Source: Giardia intestinalis (lineage: Eukaryota). From it: a stretch of 64,000 bases of DNA. The translations under genes were made by a program, and so were the position numbers. Shown here one piece after another: positions 59,678-64,000 of the stretch. Every line of letters begins with the position of its first letter. The first letter of the stretch is position 1. The notes beneath the pieces were generated by a model. That model had not been told where the DNA came from, did not search any database, and saw only the letters and a program-made list of their open reading frames with translations. Location of the stretch: NCBI GenBank assembly GCA_000002435.2, contig CM018790.1. One strand, written 5' to 3'.

Positions 59678-61934
59678 CAGCTACTACTTGTGGGAGAACA
59701 TGCTCTCGAACAAAAGCACCTGCTGCCTCTTCCCCGCACGCAAGAAGAATTGCTGCCAAAATGGCTTCAAATGTATCGCCATAAACCTTGCTGTCAGGCT
59801 GTATTTTCGGATGGGATTCTATAATAACCTCAGAAACTACAGAAGGAAACCTTTTTGTCAATCTTCCCAGTACAGAATTTGTTTCTGCAGATTGCCGCAT
59901 GCGTGTAAGAGCGCCCTCTGTGAGCGTGGGGTGGAGAGCGTGGAGATGGAGAGCAAGGCTGCACTTCAGGAATGCGTCTCCAAGAAGCTCAAGTTTTTGG
60001 TACACGTGAGGAGTTAGTGCTATTTGCAATAACCGAATCAGGAAGGGGATAGTGCCACTAGGAATGGGTACGGCCAGAGATCTGCTAACTGTCTGAGCTG
60101 CTATATGCTTACTACCTCCTGATGACTCATATGCCAGAATCTTCTCATAGAGAGCGAGAACCTTAGAAGCAACGGGCCCTGTAGGGGTTTCTGTGAGCGA
60201 CCCATATAAAACAGGACACTGCACAGAGCGATGATAGATATATAAAACAGGTATAGTGGGCGGACAAGCCGACTCATTCTTATCAGTTTGCTGTTCAACA
60301 TAGAAGCCTGGAGAGCCCAGCCATAGGCCTCGAGCCAAATGTGTCATTATGTCTATAACTGATACGACGCCGCCAGGTCCTGATAGGCCTGAACGATGCG
60401 AAAACTGGATACCAAGTCGGTACCAATCTAGCATGTCCTCTGCTGGAATGTCTCTGAGACGCTCGAGAAACATAGTTGACACCCGCGAAGAACAGAAGAC
60501 ACTAATGCCTTGCTCACAAGCATAGTCCACAAGGCTTCTGAATTCATGCGCCCCCGCTTCTCCCATGCAAACACGCTTTGATGCCTTGGTGACTGCATCT
60601 GGACAGGCAGATCCTACTGTCTTGGAGTGTTCGGGACTCATAAGCGTCTTCGCAAGAAATTCCTCACAGCCATAGATTCCATTAGGTCCCGTAAAGATTG
60701 ATCCAACGATCTCCTCATACATATCTGCCCATGTTTTGCTCTTCGCCACAAGGTTGTTGGAAAACTCCGCCAACTGAGGAAGTCCAAGCGTTTGTACAAG
60801 ATAGTTTAGAGCCTCATTGCGAACAAGCTCCATCTTTAGCTCAACAAGTGTTCCCACAGACGCATCTGGAAAAAGGCAAAGGAGGCGGGCAGTCACGATA
60901 AAGCCTAACACAGCATCTCCTAGCAATTCGAGTCGCTGGAAAACATCGGTGTGACTTACACCAAAAGGCCCAAAGGGTGTTCTCCAACCGGCAAGCCCTC
61001 GTCCACGCCCCTGATCGAGCCGAAGTCCGGCAGTGATTGCAAAGTATCGCTCGCCACCGATCCGCCCACAGTCAGGAAAGCTTTTATCCAGGGCACAGAT
61101 TGTATTCTGTATGTCACATATGTGCTTAGCAATCTCTGGTAGAAATTGAAGCGCCTGGACCCTGATTAGATCAAATTCATCTGGCAGCAGTAGGCAGAGC
61201 TCAGGCGGCAGGAAGCGAAGCTTGGGAGCCAAATCATCCCAGGATCCAGGCGCGGGAATCTGGTGGTCTTTTAGATCGTCTAATCTGACTGCTGCCACAA
61301 GCGGAAGATCTGCAGCACGCAGGTGAATATTGTGGGCTGTTGCATAGTATCTCATGTATGTTATTGATTCATTTGCTCTGGTAAAGTAAGAAAGGCTAGT
61401 TTGGGTAGAATCGATCCCAAGAACGACATAAAGAGACCAGCTTATTTCGGGAGTTGCAACCATACGCCCATGGAGGGATGCAGATAAAGTGGAATAGTCT
61501 GTATATTCATCTGACAAGCGCTTTGCATCACACATGAGTTGTGCAGTGACCATTAATGCACGCAAGTCCAGAGGGCTGGTAGGAGATAGTAAGGGTAAAA
61601 ATGCCAGGGTGGCGAATTGTGGTGGATTGGATATAAATCGAGGGAAAGTGTATTCATTGTGAGGCATTGTTGCTCCAATCTCAGTCCATGAAGCAGGAAA
61701 TGTGGGTCCCAGCAGCTGAAAGAGAATGGACTGATACACGGCTACTATAGTTGCATCAGTTCGAGAGAGAGACACCCTCGGACCCGCTTCAAAGTACACC
61801 TCTGCGGCGGGAAGCCCTCGGCCTGCACTAACCTTAAACCCTGGCAAGGTGCCCAGGTGAGTGTCTAGAAGTAGCAACCAGTGGGATGGTCCTCTAGTAG
61901 TCACAACTGTGCAACAGTGTCCCAAAGCATGCAT
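59670..61934 (-). CDS. DCR: Dicer (Giardia-type: PAZ plus tandem RNase III domains, no helicase, no dsRBD), 754 aa.
   Basis: Two RNase III signatures are present: FQRLELLGDAVLGFIVTARLLCLFPDASVGTLVELKMELVRNEALNY and YQKLELLGDAFLKCSLALHLHALHPTLTEGALTRMRQSAETNSVLGRL. The final catalytic-type motif is GDTFEAILAAILLACGE. The length and architecture match the crystallised Giardia Dicer of roughly 750 aa. The N-terminal third, of about 330 aa, precedes RNase IIIa and is consistent with the platform/PAZ region. Confidence 0.85.
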   Translation of the reverse strand: MHALGHCCTVVTTRGPSHWLLLLDTHLGTLPGFKVSAGRGLPAAEVYFEAGPRVSLSRTDATIVAVYQSILFQLLGPTFPASWTEIGATMPHNEYTFPRFISNPPQFATLAFLPLLSPTSPLDLRALMVTAQLMCDAKRLSDEYTDYSTLSASLHGRMVATPEISWSLYVVLGIDSTQTSLSYFTRANESITYMRYYATAHNIHLRAADLPLVAAVRLDDLKDHQIPAPGSWDDLAPKLRFLPPELCLLLPDEFDLIRVQALQFLPEIAKHICDIQNTICALDKSFPDCGRIGGERYFAITAGLRLDQGRGRGLAGWRTPFGPFGVSHTDVFQRLELLGDAVLGFIVTARLLCLFPDASVGTLVELKMELVRNEALNYLVQTLGLPQLAEFSNNLVAKSKTWADMYEEIVGSIFTGPNGIYGCEEFLAKTLMSPEHSKTVGSACPDAVTKASKRVCMGEAGAHEFRSLVDYACEQGISVFCSSRVSTMFLERLRDIPAEDMLDWYRLGIQFSHRSGLSGPGGVVSVIDIMTHLARGLWLGSPGFYVEQQTDKNESACPPTIPVLYIYHRSVQCPVLYGSLTETPTGPVASKVLALYEKILAYESSGGSKHIAAQTVSRSLAVPIPSGTIPFLIRLLQIALTPHVYQKLELLGDAFLKCSLALHLHALHPTLTEGALTRMRQSAETNSVLGRLTKRFPSVVSEVIIESHPKIQPDSKVYGDTFEAILAAILLACGEEAAGAFVREHVLPQVVADA

Positions 61935-61948
61935 TCCTACTAAAAATC
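61935..61948. promoter_or_regulatory. 14-bp AT-rich bidirectional intergenic region/promoter between the Dicer gene (minus strand) and gene 61949 (plus strand).
   Basis: The sequence runs catgcattcCTACTAAAAATCatgaag, and the two ATGs are 14 bp apart. Confidence 0.45.
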
Positions 61949-62935
61949 ATGAAGGCCAAGCCCTTTTCAATTGACTTGCTCCCACGCTTTATAGCACGCC
62001 TGGACGCGCATGGGGAGATGGCTAGGATTGTCGTGGGTAACTCTACCCCCCATGGCCCCATCGCTGCGACAGTGACTGTCTCTGAGTCTTCTGTCTCTCT
62101 CGTGCGACAGGTTGCGCGGCCGCTTTCGTATGGCCCAAATATGAGTGTAACGACACAGAAGCTTACGTTCATGCTGATTCATCGGCTTGGATCCCCACGG
62201 CAGCACTTACTTCTAGGATTCGAAGATGGAACTCTGGTCATTCTCTGTGCTGAGAGCGGGGTGCTCGTGGCTGCTGCACGGCTGCCTTGTGAGAATCCAG
62301 TCCACTCAATTGCATTTGATGACATGGGTGGGATTTTCGTGGTTATGACTGCAGTTGGAGGTGTTTACAGACTCGATGGTATGGCAGGAATCCTTGCAAG
62401 TGAGCGCCCTCCACTGCTGGATCTACAGCGCTGCAGCACTCTTAGTGCCGGAAGCGAGGTCTTCACATGTGGTTTTATCCCCGGCTCAGGAGGGGAGTCA
62501 CGGCTTCTGATCCTTTATTCCTCTGGGCGGATTGACCTCTTTAGTACTGCAGCAGACACATTTCTTCAGCCAGAAACAAACAGATCTGTCACTCTTCCAG
62601 TCCTTGGCGCAATGAACATTATCACTGCAGCGCATCTATGCCAACAATCCAGAGTCCTCTACGTTGGCACTTTCAATGGGTCTGTGCTTACGGTGCCACT
62701 GGACACTCTCACTCCCGACACCCATTTGCCAGATTGCGGCGGGCCTGTCAGCGCCATTTCCCCCGTTGAAGACGGGATTTGCGTGGGAACTCTTGGTGGC
62801 CGGGTGCTTTTCAAGGACACTACGATCTATGAAGACACGCACTGCTCCATATATTGCTTGGAGGCTCTAAATTCTCGGCTTCCCATAGTCTTGGCAGGAA
62901 CCAGTGTATGGTCCCTCATATTAGTAATGCTTTAA
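61949..62935 (+). CDS. Hypothetical protein, 328 aa, with beta-propeller-like composition.
   Basis: The ORF is ATG-initiated. Recurrent beta-strand/turn patterns are present (GTLVILCAESG, GGVYRLDG, GRIDLFS, GSVLTVPL, GGRVLFKD). It is convergent with the SMYD gene, with the two stops 5 bp apart. Confidence 0.45.
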   Translation: MKAKPFSIDLLPRFIARLDAHGEMARIVVGNSTPHGPIAATVTVSESSVSLVRQVARPLSYGPNMSVTTQKLTFMLIHRLGSPRQHLLLGFEDGTLVILCAESGVLVAAARLPCENPVHSIAFDDMGGIFVVMTAVGGVYRLDGMAGILASERPPLLDLQRCSTLSAGSEVFTCGFIPGSGGESRLLILYSSGRIDLFSTAADTFLQPETNRSVTLPVLGAMNIITAAHLCQQSRVLYVGTFNGSVLTVPLDTLTPDTHLPDCGGPVSAISPVEDGICVGTLGGRVLFKDTTIYEDTHCSIYCLEALNSRLPIVLAGTSVWSLILVML

Positions 62936-62940
62936 ATATT

Positions 62941-64000
62941 TTATTCCAAAGATAACTCGGCAAGACAGCGCGTGCATTGACAGGTAAAGCACCACTGCGC
63001 AAGCTCACGCCGACGCTCGACCACCGAGCGACCCAGGTCCGTAATATATGAGATATAAAGTTCCTCTTTTTGGGCACACGGCCGCAATAGAACAAGCGTG
63101 GCTTCGCGCGCATTTTCGCTATCTCCAAAAATAACTTGAGCATTAGGTGTGCAGCTGTGGTTGCAGCAAGATATTAGAGAATAGAGGCCTGCGCCTATCT
63201 CCTGTCCGGTCTTATCCTCTATGCTATAGCTATTTGTTAATAATATGCACACAAAATAGTTAAACATTTGAGCTCCCAAAAGTGTTGCCCTCGTTAATAG
63301 AAAATAATGCTCCGCAAATGATACGTCTGGGATAAGTTTCTCGAAAACACGACCTATATCTGGAAAAACCACATTGGGGAGGTTTTGTGAAGAACTCAGC
63401 TTTGTCTTCCGGGCCTGATTTCCAGGCTCCAGATATGCATAGTACATAAATGCGTATTGGAGGCTCAGTGCTTCGTCCTCTATCTCCATTAGATACGCGG
63501 CCTCTTTGCACATAATTTGGGCCATAATCTCCAGGACGTTATATGCAGAGAAGGGGGCACATAGCTCTGGGCAGTCGTGGATGGTATGCAGAATATCTTC
63601 GGCGATGTCTGGCCAGAGGGAAACACATAGGGCTACATGACCAAGAATGTAATGCCGTTCACGACAATTCTCTGAGCAGTATTCATGCCGACACGAAAAC
63701 GCATTTTCCTTGCGGTGCTTACATGGAACGGGCTGGCCTTTGATTGAAGAAAGACAACAAAAACAGTAACGCTTCTCATTGGTGGGCTGAATGACGTACT
63801 TTGATAGTGAATTGCGAGCCGTTAAGTCCAGGCGTTCGCGTGGAGTCTGGACCGCGGGGCTGATCTGTTCCCGAGGCGAATCAAACTCATCGTGGGTACG
63901 GCCGTGTTGACTGCTTGTTTGCTTATCGGTATAGACCTCCTTGACATAGGATGGGTGAAGCCAGCAGATTAGGGGGTTTTCAACAATAACCTGTGTGCCC
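62941..64000 (-). CDS. SET and MYND domain (SMYD-like) lysine methyltransferase, partial. It continues upstream of the track ORF and runs to the window edge.
   Basis: The track ORF (62941..63525) contains the core/post-SET region: ...CNHSCTPNAQVIFGDSENAREATLVLLRPCAQKEELYISY...WCFTCQCTRC. The same minus frame stays open from 63526 to 64000 by hand translation, and there it encodes a MYND zinc finger, YCFCCLSSIKGQPVPCKHRKENAFSCRHEYCSENCRERHYILGHVALC. So the gene extends upstream of the ATG at 63525, and its N-terminus is off-window. Confidence 0.7.
   Translation of the reverse strand, partial: GTQVIVENPLICWLHPSYVKEVYTDKQTSSQHGRTHDEFDSPREQISPAVQTPRERLDLTARNSLSKYVIQPTNEKRYCFCCLSSIKGQPVPCKHRKENAFSCRHEYCSENCRERHYILGHVALCVSLWPDIAEDILHTIHDCPELCAPFSAYNVLEIMAQIMCKEAAYLMEIEDEALSLQYAFMYYAYLEPGNQARKTKLSSSQNLPNVVFPDIGRVFEKLIPDVSFAEHYFLLTRATLLGAQMFNYFVCILLTNSYSIEDKTGQEIGAGLYSLISCCNHSCTPNAQVIFGDSENAREATLVLLRPCAQKEELYISYITDLGRSVVERRRELAQWCFTCQCTRCLAELSLE

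Noticed and set aside
1-64000. CRISPR arrays, restriction-modification or other prokaryotic defence or operon-type systems
   Set aside because: The sequence is eukaryotic, as shown by the Giardia VSP, the Giardia-type Dicer, ankyrin and MORN proteins, a SUN-domain protein and AMPK-beta. There are no spacer-repeat arrays and no bacterial gene signatures.

Overview
This window looks like a Giardia intestinalis (lamblia) nuclear segment. The evidence is a 628-aa cysteine-rich surface protein that ends in the Giardia VSP hallmark ...CRGKA, a 754-aa helicase-less Dicer with a PAZ region plus tandem RNase III domains, gene packing with divergent ATGs only 14-20 bp apart, and AT-rich tracts immediately upstream of start codons. 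It is a eukaryote, so there are no CRISPR arrays or prokaryotic defence islands.

Layout:
- 1-5083: the 5' part of a very large minus-strand WD40 + alpha-solenoid gene, most likely IFT172. It runs off the left edge of the window.
- 5340-21014: a giant, nearly perfect inverted repeat. The two arms are about 7.0 kb each and flank a unique 1.7 kb spacer. Each arm carries one copy of an identical VSP gene, in convergent (tail-to-tail) orientation, plus about 4.5 kb of apparently non-coding sequence.
- Around the palindrome: a short dispersed element of about 150 bp and a 20-bp motif recur at 5190-5445, 20925-21063, 21775-21800 and 22885-23150.
- 21.8-64 kb: a dense run of ordinary genes. In order they are an ankyrin protein, AMPK beta subunit, SUN-domain protein, the mitosomal HscB/Jac1 J-protein, a 1471-aa protein with a homogenised 36-bp coding tandem repeat, a PH/ankyrin protein, a coiled-coil protein, a Ubc6-like E2, a 3660-aa giant ORF, an NTF2-like protein, an AWS-SET methyltransferase, a p25-alpha protein, a 1776-aa MORN-repeat protein, Dicer, a beta-propeller protein and a partial SMYD-type SET/MYND methyltransferase.

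All calls come from reading the translations. No database search was possible.
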